64,000 nucleotides of DNA from an uncultured delta proteobacterium (GTDB lineage: Bacteria > Desulfobacterota > Binatia > UBA9968). The stretch covers positions 320,001-384,000 of the forward strand of contig CAVUVW010000021.1 in assembly GCA_963745035.1 (NCBI GenBank). Direction: 5' to 3'. Position numbers and translations under genes: made by a program. How positions within the stretch are numbered: position 1 is the first letter of the stretch; the number at the start of each line of letters is the position of its first letter. Shown one piece after another: positions 47,335 through 58,361 of the stretch. The notes beneath the pieces were generated by a model that searched no databases, was not told the origin of the DNA, and was given only the letters and a program-made list of their open reading frames with translations.

Positions 47335-48665
47335 TTAGGGAGGCTTGTAAAAGTCGCGCGTTGGGGGATCAATGCTTGTGGTTTTCTGCTCGCGGTAAAA
47401 ATCCTTGAAGCGATACTCTTTCAGTTGAATGAGGTTGTGATAGGAGCCGAAGCGCTCGCGCCGGATCGTTCACTTCGTCGAGCAGGTCACGGTGCGCGTT
47501 TTCGGTCTCGAAGACCCGCACTTTGCTGGTACGTCGTCGAGCGTTCCGCCGGGATCCGTCCCATGTCGCGAATCAGGTCGCGAAACTGCGACGGCTTCAT
47601 GAGCTGGCCGTAGGACGCGCCGGCGGCGGTGGAGATGCTCTCGTTGATCAACGTGCCGCCGAAATCGTTGGCGCCGGCCAGCAGCGCGATTTGCGAAAGC
47701 TTCGGACCTTCCTTCACCCAGGAAACCTGCAGGTTGGGAATGTCGTGGTTCAGCATCAGGCGCGACACCGCGTACATCTTCATCACTTCGGCGCCGCTGG
47801 CGCCGCGCCGCAGCCCGGCGGGTGGTTTGCGATGAAACATCGGCGCTTCTTCATAGACAAAGCTGAGCGGCACGAACTCGGTGATGCCGCCGGTGCGCCG
47901 CTGGATTTGCCGGAGAATGTCCAAATGAACCGCCTTGTCGCGCGAGCCTTCGATATGGCCATACATGATCGTGGAGGTGGTTGGGATGCCCAATTCATGA
48001 GCGGTTTGGATGAGCTCGATCCACTGCGCCGTGGCGATCCGTCCGGGCGAGATTTGTTGCCGAATTTCATCGATCAGCACTTCGGCGGAAGTGCCGGGCA
48101 GGCTGCCGACGCCGGCGTCTTTTAAAGCCGCGAGATAGTCGCGGACGGTGACGCCGGCGAGCGTCGAGCCGTACAGCACTTCTTCGGGGGAAAAACCGTG
48201 GATGTGGAGATCGGGCAGCGCCGCTTTCAAGGCGCGGCAGAGGTTCACATACTGCCAGCCGTCGATGCCCGGCGCCAAGCCGGCCTGCACGCATACTTCG
48301 GTGGCGCCGAGCTCGTAGGCTTCGCGCGCGCGGCCGATGATCTCCTCGTTGGGTAAAAAGTAGCCTTGCTCGGCCAGATGGCCGCGGCTGAAGGCGCAAA
48401 AGCCGCAGGCTTTGACGCACACGTTGGTGAAATTGATATTGCGATTGATGACGTAGGTGACGACGTCGCCGACGGTGCGGGCGCGCAGGTGATCGGCGGC
48501 GGCGATCATCGCGAAAAGATCCGAGCCGTCGGCGTCGAAAAGCGCTGTGGCCTCGTCGATGGTAATATCCCGATCCGATAACGCGCGCTCCAAGATCGCC
48601 GCCGTGCGCGGCGCAGTGAGCGCAAGCTGTCGTTCCAAGCTGCTTTGCAAGTGCGGGAAATTCAT
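47335..48665 (-). CDS. cofH: FO synthase subunit CofH (radical SAM); tail frameshifted (track ORF ends at 47487)
   Basis: NRNINFTNVCVKACGFCAF (CxxxCxxC), EVCVQAG, SLPGTSAE, TTSTIMYGH, NLQVSWVK and ANDFGGTLINESIS motifs. Confidence 0.82.
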
Positions 48666-48711
48666 GGCGCGACTCTAACGGTTCACACGCCCAAACTCAA
48701 CGAGGCCGCAC

Positions 48712-49257
48712 TTACGGCTCGCGCGGGGGGCGCAGGCAATAGCGGGCGAATTCCTGGAGAAACGCCAGCGTCTTCATGTCGCGCATGCGGTCGAGGTAGA
48801 CGTGGCCGTTCAAATGGTCGAATTCGTGTTGGATGACGCGGGCGTGAAAATCGTCGGCGGTGAAATCGAGCTTCTCGCCGTTGCGGTCCCAGGCCTCCAC
48901 GCGGATGTGCTTGTAGCGCGGTACCTGGCCGCGCAGATCGGGAATGCTCAAACAGCCCTCCCAATCTTCTTCCAGCTCTTCGGAAAGCGGCGTGATCCGG
49001 GGATTGACGAGCACGGTCAACGGCACCTGCGGCTTGCTCGGATAGCGCGGGTTGTCGGCGACCTCCAAGACGGCGACTTGCTTCGATACATGGACCTGGT
49101 CGGCCGCCAAGCCGACGCCGTCATACTCCTTCATGGTTTCAATCATGTCGTCGATAAATTTCTGCATCGCGGACGACTGCAACTCGCGCCGGGAGAAGTC
49201 TGCGGTCACTTTGCGCAGCACCGGATGGCCGAGACGAGCGACTTTGAGTATCGACAT
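48712..49257 (-). CDS. def: Peptide deformylase
   Basis: GVGLAADQ, EGCLS and QHEFDHLNG motifs; start MSILKV at 49257. Confidence 0.93.
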   Translation of the reverse strand: MSILKVARLGHPVLRKVTADFSRRELQSSAMQKFIDDMIETMKEYDGVGLAADQVHVSKQVAVLEVADNPRYPSKPQVPLTVLVNPRITPLSEELEEDWEGCLSIPDLRGQVPRYKHIRVEAWDRNGEKLDFTADDFHARVIQHEFDHLNGHVYLDRMRDMKTLAFLQEFARYCLRPPREP

Positions 49258-49463
49258 GGGAAATTTTCTAGCACATGGAATTTTGAGGAAAAAGACTTCC
49301 GGCTCGCTACCTTGGCAATAGGCGTCAAGCGCAATCGGACGAACGTGCGCGGTAGACCCCGCCGTGCGAGCTTGATCTTTATCGGCGCGGCTGGCGAAGT
49401 TAGCGCCTAACTGCTTCTCCGCCGCGCCCAAGACGCTTCGAACGTTAGGCTGCAAACCGACTA

Positions 49464-49978
49464 TTATTGCTGAAGCAAAGGAAATGGATTAATCGCGCCC
49501 TCGCCCGGCGTATAGATGCCGTAGTGCAAGTGCGGCGGCGTGCCGCGGGCATTGCCGGTGTTGCCCACATAGCCGACGATATCGCCGGGCATGACGAGAT
49601 CTCCTGGTTCAAAATGACCGAATCGGTCCAGGTGCGCATAGTAATGCATCTGGCGCCCCGGACCGAAGATAAAGAGCACGTTGCCCCCGAGCCGGTTTTC
49701 GCTAACTCTAAACACCAGACCACGAGTGGTGGATCTTATCGGTGTTCCCTTCGGCGCGAAAATATCGATCCCTTGGTGGGTTCGCCCGTTGCCGCGAGGG
49801 GCTCCCCACGTATCGCGAAGAGTGGCCGAAGAAACGCCTGCAACGGGCAGCGGCAAGTCTTTGGGCGGCTCTTCTAAAGCTAAACGCAGCTCGGCAATAG
49901 GTCGCTTGAGCGGACCGGACCAGACCAGCAGGGCAGACACACCGATAAAAATAGCAGCGTCCAGAAGATCCTCGGCAT
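49464..49978 (-). CDS. M23-family metallopeptidase; 5' end probably frameshifted
   Basis: HQGIDIFA, YYAHL, VGNTGNA and PHLHYG motifs. Confidence 0.87.
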
Positions 49979-50060
49979 GATTAAGATTTAACGGGATCTC
50001 CTAAATCTTCAACGGGCCTTTATACTTCATAATGGTTGGCAACCGATAAGTGCGCCTACC

Positions 50061-50090
50061 TTGACATTAGAGACCTAAGGAGTCTATATT
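50061..50090 (+). promoter_or_regulatory. sigma70 promoter containing an Rrf2/IscR-type operator
   Basis: TTGACA-18 nt-TATATT, with the palindrome TAGAGAC-N7-GTCTATA (50068..50088) overlapping the spacer and -10. Confidence 0.62.
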
Positions 50091-50102
50091 CAAATTCTGG
50101 CC

Positions 50103-50597
50103 ATGGCGAAGAAAGTCAAAGCCAAAATCGAGCGCAGCTCGCTGATGAACGTCGGCCGGCGCGTCGACTACGCGGTGCGGGCGCTCTCCTATTTGGCGGG
50201 TCAGCCGGAAGGCAAGATCGTCAGCCGCTCGGATATCGAAAAAAGCCAGGACATCCCGTCTTTTTATCTTTCGAAAATCATGAAGGATCTGGTGTCCGGC
50301 GGCTTGGTGCAGTCGCACATCGGCTCCAAAGGCGGGTTTGCTCTGGCCAAGGAAGCTAGTGCGATCTCGATCAAAGACGTGTACGAAACGGTCGAGCGGC
50401 CGCTGGTGTTGATGGATTGTCTGGAAAAAGGCGCGAGCTATTGTTCGTTCTGCGCGGTCTGTTTGCAAAAATCGGTATGGGAGAAAGCGCAGCAGGTGCT
50501 CGCGCAGTTTCTCGCCGGCGTGACCATCGCTCAGATCGCCGACGGCCAGGGGCTCAGAGAGCGTCTCATCAAAGCGCCGCTGCAAAAGGCCGTCTAA
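50103..50597 (+). CDS. Rrf2-family (IscR-like) transcriptional regulator
   Basis: [23 protein letters not shown]; Cys cluster [15 protein letters not shown]. Confidence 0.9.
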   Translation: MAKKVKAKIERSSLMNVGRRVDYAVRALSYLAGQPEGKIVSRSDIEKSQDIPSFYLSKIMKDLVSGGLVQSHIGSKGGFALAKEASAISIKDVYETVERPLVLMDCLEKGASYCSFCAVCLQKSVWEKAQQVLAQFLAGVTIAQIADGQGLRERLIKAPLQKAV

Positions 50598-50625
50598 AGC
50601 GGGCAAGTCATTCGAAAGGTACGGT

Positions 50626-51386
<761 letters not shown>

Positions 51387-51404
51387 GCGGCGCGATTTGA
51401 AATC

Positions 51405-52736
51405 ATGGCAGAGACGGAACATACGGCGCGCTACATCGCCGCCTTCAAGGATCGCCAGAGATCGGCGGGCTTGACGAGCCCGGTCTGGATGAACGATTTG
51501 CGCCAGGCCGGAATAGAGAGCTTCGCCGAGTTGGGCTTCCCGACAGTGAAGCAGGAGGCCTGGAAGTACACCAACGTCCAACCTCTGGTTACGCAGCCGT
51601 TCGGCCTCGCCAACGGCGAGGCGCAAAAAGTCGGCGCGGTGGAGATTTTGTCGAGAGCCTTTGTCGAAGACGACGCGCTGCGCCTGGTTTTCATAAACGG
51701 CGTATATGCTCCGGGACTTTCCTCGACGCAGGGTTTGCCGGCGGGGGTGCGCGCGGCGAATCTATCGGCTTTGGCCTCGAGTGACGGCGCCGACTGGGCC
51801 TCCCAGATCGGGCGCTCCGCAGATCATCGGCGCAACGGTTTTGTGGCGCTCAACACGGCGTTTATCGACGACGGCGCGGTTGTGATTGTTCCGCCGGGGT
51901 GCCGGCTGCCCCGCCCAATTTATCTCGTCTACGCTTCAACGGCGAAGGACCGCCCGATCGTCGCGCATCCGCGCACGTTGATTACTCTCGGCGCCGGCAG
52001 CGAGGCGAGCATTGTCGAGAGCTATGCGGGCGTGAACGGTGGAGCATATTTCTGCAACGCGGTGACCGAATTGATCGGCGGCGCCGATGCGGTGGCGCAC
52101 CATTATCGATTGCAAAACGAAGGCGCCGCGGCGTTTCACGTAGGGACGTTGGCGGCAACGCTCGGGCGCGGCGCAAATCTCACCGCCCACGCGGTGACGT
52201 TGAACGGCGCGCTGGTGCGCAACGACGTGCACATCGCGCTCGACGGCGAAGGCGCGGAGTGCACGCTCAACGGCCTGTATCTCGGCGCGGGCAGGCAACA
52301 CGTGGATAACTTCACCGAGATCGAGCATCTCCGGCCGCGCGCCACCAGCCTGGAGCTTTATAAAGGCATTCTCGACGGCGCCGCGCACGGCGTGTTCAAC
52401 GGCAAGATCGTCGTGCATAAAGACGCGCAAAAAACCGACGCGCGCCAGACCAACAAGAACCTGCTGCTGTCCGGGGAGGCTGTGGTGAACACCAAGCCGC
52501 AGCTCGAGATCTATGCCGACGACGTGAAGTGCAGCCACGGCTCGAGCATCGGCCAGCTCGACCCCGACGCGCTGTTTTATCTGCGCGCGCGGGGGCTCGG
52601 GCCGGAGGAGGCTCGGAGTCTTTTGAGCTTTGCGTTTGCCGGCGACATCGTCGGGCGTATTAAGATCGACGCCCTGCGGCGGCGGCTGGACGAGTATCTG
52701 GCGGCGAAATTTCACAATCCCCGAGCAAGACCATGA
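51405..52736 (+). CDS. sufD: Fe-S assembly protein SufD
   Basis: EAWKYT, GVFNGKI, AQKTDARQTNKNLLLS, TKPQLEIYADDVKCSHG and LFYLRARG motifs. Confidence 0.92.
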   Translation: MAETEHTARYIAAFKDRQRSAGLTSPVWMNDLRQAGIESFAELGFPTVKQEAWKYTNVQPLVTQPFGLANGEAQKVGAVEILSRAFVEDDALRLVFINGVYAPGLSSTQGLPAGVRAANLSALASSDGADWASQIGRSADHRRNGFVALNTAFIDDGAVVIVPPGCRLPRPIYLVYASTAKDRPIVAHPRTLITLGAGSEASIVESYAGVNGGAYFCNAVTELIGGADAVAHHYRLQNEGAAAFHVGTLAATLGRGANLTAHAVTLNGALVRNDVHIALDGEGAECTLNGLYLGAGRQHVDNFTEIEHLRPRATSLELYKGILDGAAHGVFNGKIVVHKDAQKTDARQTNKNLLLSGEAVVNTKPQLEIYADDVKCSHGSSIGQLDPDALFYLRARGLGPEEARSLLSFAFAGDIVGRIKIDALRRRLDEYLAAKFHNPRARP

Positions 52737-53995
52737 AGGCGATTTCCAAGACGGCCGATGCGCCGCTGGCGAGCGGCAAATTCGACGTGGCGCGCGTGCG
52801 CGAGGATTTTCCGATCCTCAAGCAGAAAATCCACGGCAAGCCGCTGGTGTATTTCGACAACGGCGCCACCAGCCAGAAGCCCCAGGCGGTGATCGACGCG
52901 CTGGCGCGCTATTACAGCGCGGAGAATTCCAACATTCATCGCGGCGTGCACGCGCTCAGCGAGCAGGCGACGGCGGAGTACGAAGCGGCGCGCGGCAAGC
53001 TGCGCACGTTTATCAATGCGCCATCGGACAAGGAGATCGTTTTAGTGCGCGGCACCACCGAAGCGATCAATCTGGTGGCACAGAGTTACGGCCGCACGTT
53101 CCTCAAGGCCGGCGACGAGATCGTCGTCTCGGCGATGGAGCATCACTCGAACATCGTGCCGTGGCAGATGGTGTGCGCGCAGGTGGGCGCCCGGCTGCGC
53201 GTCGTCCCGATCAACCATGACGGCGAGATCGTCATGGAAGAATACCGGCGCCTGCTAAGCGAGCGGACCAAGTTCGTCGCCGTCACCCACGTGTCCAACG
53301 CGTTGGGTACGGTGGTGCCGGTCAAAGAGATGATTGCGCTGGCCCACGAGCGCGATGTGCCGGTGCTGCTCGACGGCGCTCAGGCCGTGCCGCATCTGCC
53401 GGTAGACGTGCGCGATTTGGATTGCGATTTCTACGCGTTCTCGGGACACAAGATGTTCGGGCCGACGGGTGTCGGCGTGCTTTACGGCCGGGCGGAGCTG
53501 CTCGAGAAAATGCCGCCCTACCAGGGCGGCGGCGATATGATCAGCCTGGTGACCTTCGAGAAGACGCACTACAACGTATTGCCCTACAAGTTCGAGGCGG
53601 GAACGCCCAACATCGCCGGTGTGATCGGGCTCGGCGCCGCGGTGGATTATTTGCAGGGACTGAATTGGAGCCAGGTCGTGACCCATGAGCATGAGCTGCT
53701 GCGCTACGCGACCGAAGCGCTGGCTGAAATTCAGCCGGTGAAGATCATCGGCACCGCCAAGGAAAAGGCGGGTGTGCTGTCGTTTGTTATTGACCACGTG
53801 CACGCGCATGACGTCGGAACGATTCTCGATCAGGAAGGCGTCGCAGTCCGCGCCGGCCATCATTGTGCGATGCCGGTGATGCAGCGCTTCGGCGTGCCAG
53901 CGACCACTCGTGCGTCTTTCGCATTTTACAATACAGTGGAAGAAATCGACGTGATGGTAAAGGCCGTGCGGCGGGTTTTGAAGGTGTTCGGCTAA
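52733..53995 (+). CDS. sufS: Cysteine desulfurase SufS
   Basis: YFDNGATSQKP, MEHHSN, FSGHK, FEAGTP and VRAGHHCAMP motifs. Confidence 0.95.
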   Translation: MKAISKTADAPLASGKFDVARVREDFPILKQKIHGKPLVYFDNGATSQKPQAVIDALARYYSAENSNIHRGVHALSEQATAEYEAARGKLRTFINAPSDKEIVLVRGTTEAINLVAQSYGRTFLKAGDEIVVSAMEHHSNIVPWQMVCAQVGARLRVVPINHDGEIVMEEYRRLLSERTKFVAVTHVSNALGTVVPVKEMIALAHERDVPVLLDGAQAVPHLPVDVRDLDCDFYAFSGHKMFGPTGVGVLYGRAELLEKMPPYQGGGDMISLVTFEKTHYNVLPYKFEAGTPNIAGVIGLGAAVDYLQGLNWSQVVTHEHELLRYATEALAEIQPVKIIGTAKEKAGVLSFVIDHVHAHDVGTILDQEGVAVRAGHHCAMPVMQRFGVPATTRASFAFYNTVEEIDVMVKAVRRVLKVFG

Positions 53996-54435
53996 TGGCG
54001 GATCTCGACGATCTCTATCAAGAAGTCATTCTCGACCACAATAAAAGCCCGCGCAACTTTCGCGTGATGGCTGAAGCAAATCGCAAGTCCGAGGGATATA
54101 ATCCGCTCTGCGGCGATCATGTGACCGTCTACGTCCGGCTCGAGGACGGTTTGATCCGCGACATCAGCTTCCAGGGCTCGGGTTGCGCAATCTCAAAGGC
54201 ATCCGCCTCGATAATGACGGCGGAACTCAAAGGCAAGAGCGAGGGGGAGGCGCAGAGTTTATTCGACAACGTGCATAAAATGCTGACCGGGGAAGCCGGA
54301 TCCGAAGGAGCCGGAAAACTCGCGATTCTTTCCGGCGTATGCAAATTCCCGGCGCGGGTAAAATGCGCCAGCCTTGCCTGGCACACGCTGCACGCGGCGT
54401 TGACCGGCGACACACAGCCCGCCACTACCGAGTGA
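53995..54435 (+). CDS. sufU: SUF-system NifU-like protein SufU
   Basis: LYQEVILDH, NPLCGD, GCAISKAS and RVKCA motifs; ATG overlaps the sufS stop. Confidence 0.92.
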   Translation: MADLDDLYQEVILDHNKSPRNFRVMAEANRKSEGYNPLCGDHVTVYVRLEDGLIRDISFQGSGCAISKASASIMTAELKGKSEGEAQSLFDNVHKMLTGEAGSEGAGKLAILSGVCKFPARVKCASLAWHTLHAALTGDTQPATTE

Positions 54436-54468
54436 AGTGATCGATCTCCGGGAAAGGAGCGTTGGGGC

Positions 54469-55014
54469 ATGCAGGATGAGAAACCGATCGCGCTGGCGCG
54501 CGAGTGTCAGGCCGTGATGATCCCGAGCGGCGAGAAGGTGACTTTGTCGGCCGGCTGTAAAGTTTGGCTTACCCAGGCGCTGGGCGGTGGGTTTACTGTG
54601 ATGACCGACCATGGATATATGGTGCGCATCGATGGCGCCGACGCCGCAGCGCTCGGCATCGCCGAGATCCGTGATCCGGAATCCGCCGGCTCGACGCAGA
54701 CGCCGCTTGAGGAGAGAGTTTGGAGCCAATTGCGTTCCTGCTTCGATCCCGAGATTCCGGTCAATATCGTCGAGCTAGGGTTGATCTACGACTGCGCTCT
54801 CGAAGCGCTTCCAGGCGGCGGTCACAAAGTAAGGGTTCGGTTCACCTTGACGGCTCAAGGCTGCGGCATGGGACAGTTTTTGAAAGAGGACATTAAAAAG
54901 AAGCTGCTCGCAGTTCCCGGCGTGCGCGAGACCGACGTCGATCTCGTGTGGGATCCGCCGTGGAACCAGAGCATGATTTCACCCCAGGCCAAGCAGCGCT
55001 TGGGCATCGAGTAG
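54469..55014 (+). CDS. sufT: Putative Fe-S assembly protein SufT (DUF59 with N-terminal extension)
   Basis: TQALGGGFTV, RIDGADA, CFDPEIPVNIVELGLIY, TLTAQGCGMG and VWDPPW motifs. Confidence 0.85.
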   Translation: MQDEKPIALARECQAVMIPSGEKVTLSAGCKVWLTQALGGGFTVMTDHGYMVRIDGADAAALGIAEIRDPESAGSTQTPLEERVWSQLRSCFDPEIPVNIVELGLIYDCALEALPGGGHKVRVRFTLTAQGCGMGQFLKEDIKKKLLAVPGVRETDVDLVWDPPWNQSMISPQAKQRLGIE

Positions 55015-55024
55015 ACGGTGTTTT

Positions 55025-55345
55025 ATGGAAAGCATCAACGAAACCATTATTGAAGCGCAGATCGTCGAGGCGTTGCGCACCTGCTTCGACCCGGAGATTC
55101 CGGTCAACATCTACGAGATGGGTTTGATCTACGACTTGAAGGTCGATGCCGAGGGCGTGGCGGCCATTCGAATGACTCTCACGTCGCCGCACTGTCCGGC
55201 CGTCCAGTCGCTGCCCGCGGAGATCGAAGCAAAGGTGCGGGCCGTCGACGGAGTCACCGACGTCAAGATCGATCTGGTTTGGGAACCGCCGTGGGATCCG
55301 AGTAAAATGTCGGAAGCGGCACGGCTGCAGCTTGGCATGACGTAA
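55025..55345 (+). CDS. DUF59 / MIP18-like Fe-S assembly protein
   Basis: DPEIPVNIYEMGLIY, MTLTSPHCP and WEPPW...MSEAARL motifs. Confidence 0.9.
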   Translation: MESINETIIEAQIVEALRTCFDPEIPVNIYEMGLIYDLKVDAEGVAAIRMTLTSPHCPAVQSLPAEIEAKVRAVDGVTDVKIDLVWEPPWDPSKMSEAARLQLGMT

Positions 55346-55384
55346 CTCGACCGAGGACGCAGAACTTTTTCAGGATCGCAAAGC

Positions 55385-55813
55385 GTGATCGCAGAAAATT
55401 CCACGGCTCAGACTCTGTTCGACAAGCTCGGCGGCGAGACCCGGCTGCGCGCAATTATTGATACTTTCATCGATCGGGTTTTCGCAGACCGGATGATCGG
55501 CTTTTTCTTTCGAAACGCCGACCGCCGGCGCATCAAAGAATTGGAGTATCAGCTCGCCGCCAATTTCCTCGGTGCCAAGGTGGAATACCGCGGCCGGCCG
55601 CTCGGCAAGGCGCATGCGAATCACCCGATCATGGGCGGCCATTTCGCCCGGCGCCGGCAGATTCTCAGCGAGACTTTGGATTTTCACGGTGTGCATCCGG
55701 AAATCAAGGCGGCGCTGCTCCGTCACACCGACGCGCTGCGCGAGCAGATTACGCCGGAGAGCGGCTCAGGGTGCGATCCCAACGCCGTGCGCGACCGGGT
55801 CGGCAGGGGATAA
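55385..55813 (+). CDS. Group I truncated hemoglobin
   Basis: LFDKLGG, RVFAD..IGFFF, LG...YRGR and proximal His in KAH. Confidence 0.85.
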   Translation: MIAENSTAQTLFDKLGGETRLRAIIDTFIDRVFADRMIGFFFRNADRRRIKELEYQLAANFLGAKVEYRGRPLGKAHANHPIMGGHFARRRQILSETLDFHGVHPEIKAALLRHTDALREQITPESGSGCDPNAVRDRVGRG

Positions 55814-55912
55814 CTATGGAGAAATTCTGCTCTTTCACTTTCCCGCCAATTGTCCCCTGAAAGACATTGTGTTAAGAGTGGGCTACGCCCAAGGTTGTCA
55901 TCAAGGATTTGT

Positions 55913-56776
55913 GTGAAGTTGGCCGACCTCTATGCCCGACCTGGGTTGACCCTCTCGGTCGAATTCTTTCCTCCAAAGACAGAAAAGGGCGAGGAAAACC
56001 TCTTTAGCGAGATCGAAACCATAAAGAGGCTCAATCCCGGCTTTTGTTCTGTCACGTACGGGGCTGGCGGAAGCACGCGCGAAAAAACCGTCGGGTTGGT
56101 CGAAGCCATTCATAACGGCTGCGGTCTCGAAGTCATGTGTCATTTGACCGTGGTCGGACAGTCCAAGGCGGAGGCGCGGGCAATCCTTCAGCGGCTCAAA
56201 GAAAAAGGCATTGAGAATTTGTTGGCGCTCGGCGGCGATCCGCCCCAGGGTACGGCCGACTGGAGTCCACATCCGGACGGCTTTCATCATGCCATCGAGC
56301 TCGTTCGCGAAGCGGCGGCGCTCGGTTGCTTTTCAATCGCCGTTGCGGGCTTCCCGGAATGTCATCCGCGCGCCGCGAGCCGCGAGGCCGATTTACGATT
56401 TCTCAAAGAAAAGATCGACGCCGGCGCGGTAGCGGTCATTACGCAGTTATTTTTCGACAACGACGACTATTTTCGCTTCGTCGAGGATCTGCGCAAGCTC
56501 GGCGTGACGGTGCCGATCATTCCCGGCGTGTTGCCGATCCTTTCGGTGCCGCAGCTACGCCGCTTTACCGCCCTTTGCGGCTCGAGGATCCCCGACAAAT
56601 TGGAGAAAGAGCTGGTCAAGGTGGAGAACGACGACGACGGCGCGGTTCAGCTGGGCATCGAGTACGCGTCGAAGCTCTGCGAGGAGCTGATCAGCTCTGG
56701 GGTGGCGGGGCTGCACTTTTATTCTTTGAACAAATCCTACTCCGTGCAGGCGATCTGCAAGAATCTTGGTCTGTAG
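55913..56776 (+). CDS. metF: Methylenetetrahydrofolate reductase
   Basis: SVEFFPPK, SVTYGAGGST, HLT, GDPP, ITQLFFD and GLHFYSLN motifs; likely GTG start at 55913. Confidence 0.93.
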   Translation: MKLADLYARPGLTLSVEFFPPKTEKGEENLFSEIETIKRLNPGFCSVTYGAGGSTREKTVGLVEAIHNGCGLEVMCHLTVVGQSKAEARAILQRLKEKGIENLLALGGDPPQGTADWSPHPDGFHHAIELVREAAALGCFSIAVAGFPECHPRAASREADLRFLKEKIDAGAVAVITQLFFDNDDYFRFVEDLRKLGVTVPIIPGVLPILSVPQLRRFTALCGSRIPDKLEKELVKVENDDDGAVQLGIEYASKLCEELISSGVAGLHFYSLNKSYSVQAICKNLGL

Positions 56777-56839
56777 TTCTTTTTTGGTCCCCCTTAAAAA
56801 GTTCGTGCCCGCCGCGGGCGAGAATGCGAGTATGCGACG

Positions 56840-58349
56840 ATGACCGAGCATGCGCCGAATCCCGGTGAAGACAGCCCCGAACAGGTAGAAGTCCGCAAGC
56901 AGAAGCTCGAAAAGCTCAGGTCGTCCGGCGTTGCGGTTTACGCCAACGACTTCCGGCCGACTCATTCCGCCGCGGCGCTGATCGCGCAATTCAGCGCCGC
57001 GGGCGACGACGCGCTCGCCGCCGCGCCGAAGGATACTCAAAGTCGCGGGGCGGATCATGGCCGTGCGCCGCATGGGCAAGGCGTCGTTCTTTCATTTGCA
57101 GGATCGCCGTGCGCGGTTGCAAGTGTATATTCAGCAGAACAGCGTCGGCGCAGAGGGTTACAATTTGTTTCGTCAACTTGATGTAGGCGACATTGTCGGC
57201 GTCGAAGGCCATCTGTTTCGCACCCGCACCGGAGAGTTGACTCTCGAGGCGCGGCAGATTCGTTTGCTCGCCAAATGCTTGCGACCACTGCCGGAGAAAT
57301 GGCACGGCCTCGCCGACGTCGAGGCGCGCTACCGCCAGCGCTACCTCGACCTGATGGTCAATGCCGAATCGCGCGCGCTATTCGAGAAGCGCTCGCAGAT
57401 CGTGCGTTTGCTCCGGCGGTTTTTCGAAGAGCGCGATTTTATCGAGGTCGAGACGCCGATGATGCAGGCGATTCCCGGTGGCGCGGCGGCGCGGCCGTTC
57501 AGCACCCATCACAACGCCCTCGACATGGAGCTTTATTTGCGCGTGGCGCCCGAGCTCTTCCTGAAGCGGCTCCTGGTCGGCGGCTTCGAGCGTGTCTTTG
57601 AGCTCAATCGTAACTTTCGCAACGAAGGGGTGTCGGTGCGCCATAACCCCGAATTCACCATGATCGAGTTTTACCAGGCCTATGCGACCTTTGAAGATCT
57701 CATGCAGCTGACCGAAGAGCTGTTTGTCGACTTGGCGCGGGAAGTGTGCGGCGCTTTGCAGATTCCCTACGGTGATCATCAGATCGATCTCACTCCGCCG
57801 TGGCGCCGGCTGACGCTCGGCGCGGCGATCATGGCGCACGGCGGCGCGAGCAAGGAAGACATCGCCGATCTGGATCGGCTGCGCCGATTTGCCGAGCGCC
57901 GCGCGCTCCCCGTCGACTTGGCCGCTTCGTATGGTAATCTGCTGGTGGAAGTTTTTGAGGAAGTGGCCGAGGCAAAGCTGATCCAGCCAACGTTCATCAC
58001 CGGTTATCCGATCGAGGTTTCCCCGCTAGCGCGGAAGAACGAAGGCGATCCCGCCTGGGTGGATCGCTTCGAGCTTTATATCGGCGGCCGCGAGCTCGCC
58101 AACGCCTTCTCCGAGCTCAACGATCCGGCGGATCAGCGCGGGCGTTTCATGGAGCAAATGGCGGCGCGCGCCGCCGGCGACGAAACCGCCAGCCCCATCG
58201 ACGAGGAGTACGTGCGCGCCTTGGAATACGGCATGCCCCCCGCAGCCGGGGAGGGCATCGGCATCGACCGTCTGGTGATGCTGCTGACCAACGCGCCGTC
58301 CATTCGCGACGTCATTCTCTTTCCGTTGCTTCGCGCGCAGCGGCTCTAG
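56840..58349 (+). CDS. lysS: Lysine--tRNA ligase (class II), frameshift near 57035
   Basis: RRMGKASF, PLPEKWHGL, RYRQRYLDL, GGAAARPF, HNPEFT, ELANAFSELND and YGMPP motifs. Confidence 0.95.
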
Positions 58350-58361
58350 GAGCTTCTCTCC

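Noticed and set aside
55814-55912. SAM or SAH riboswitch upstream of metF
   Set aside because: I could not recognise any conserved core by eye; an Rfam scan would settle it
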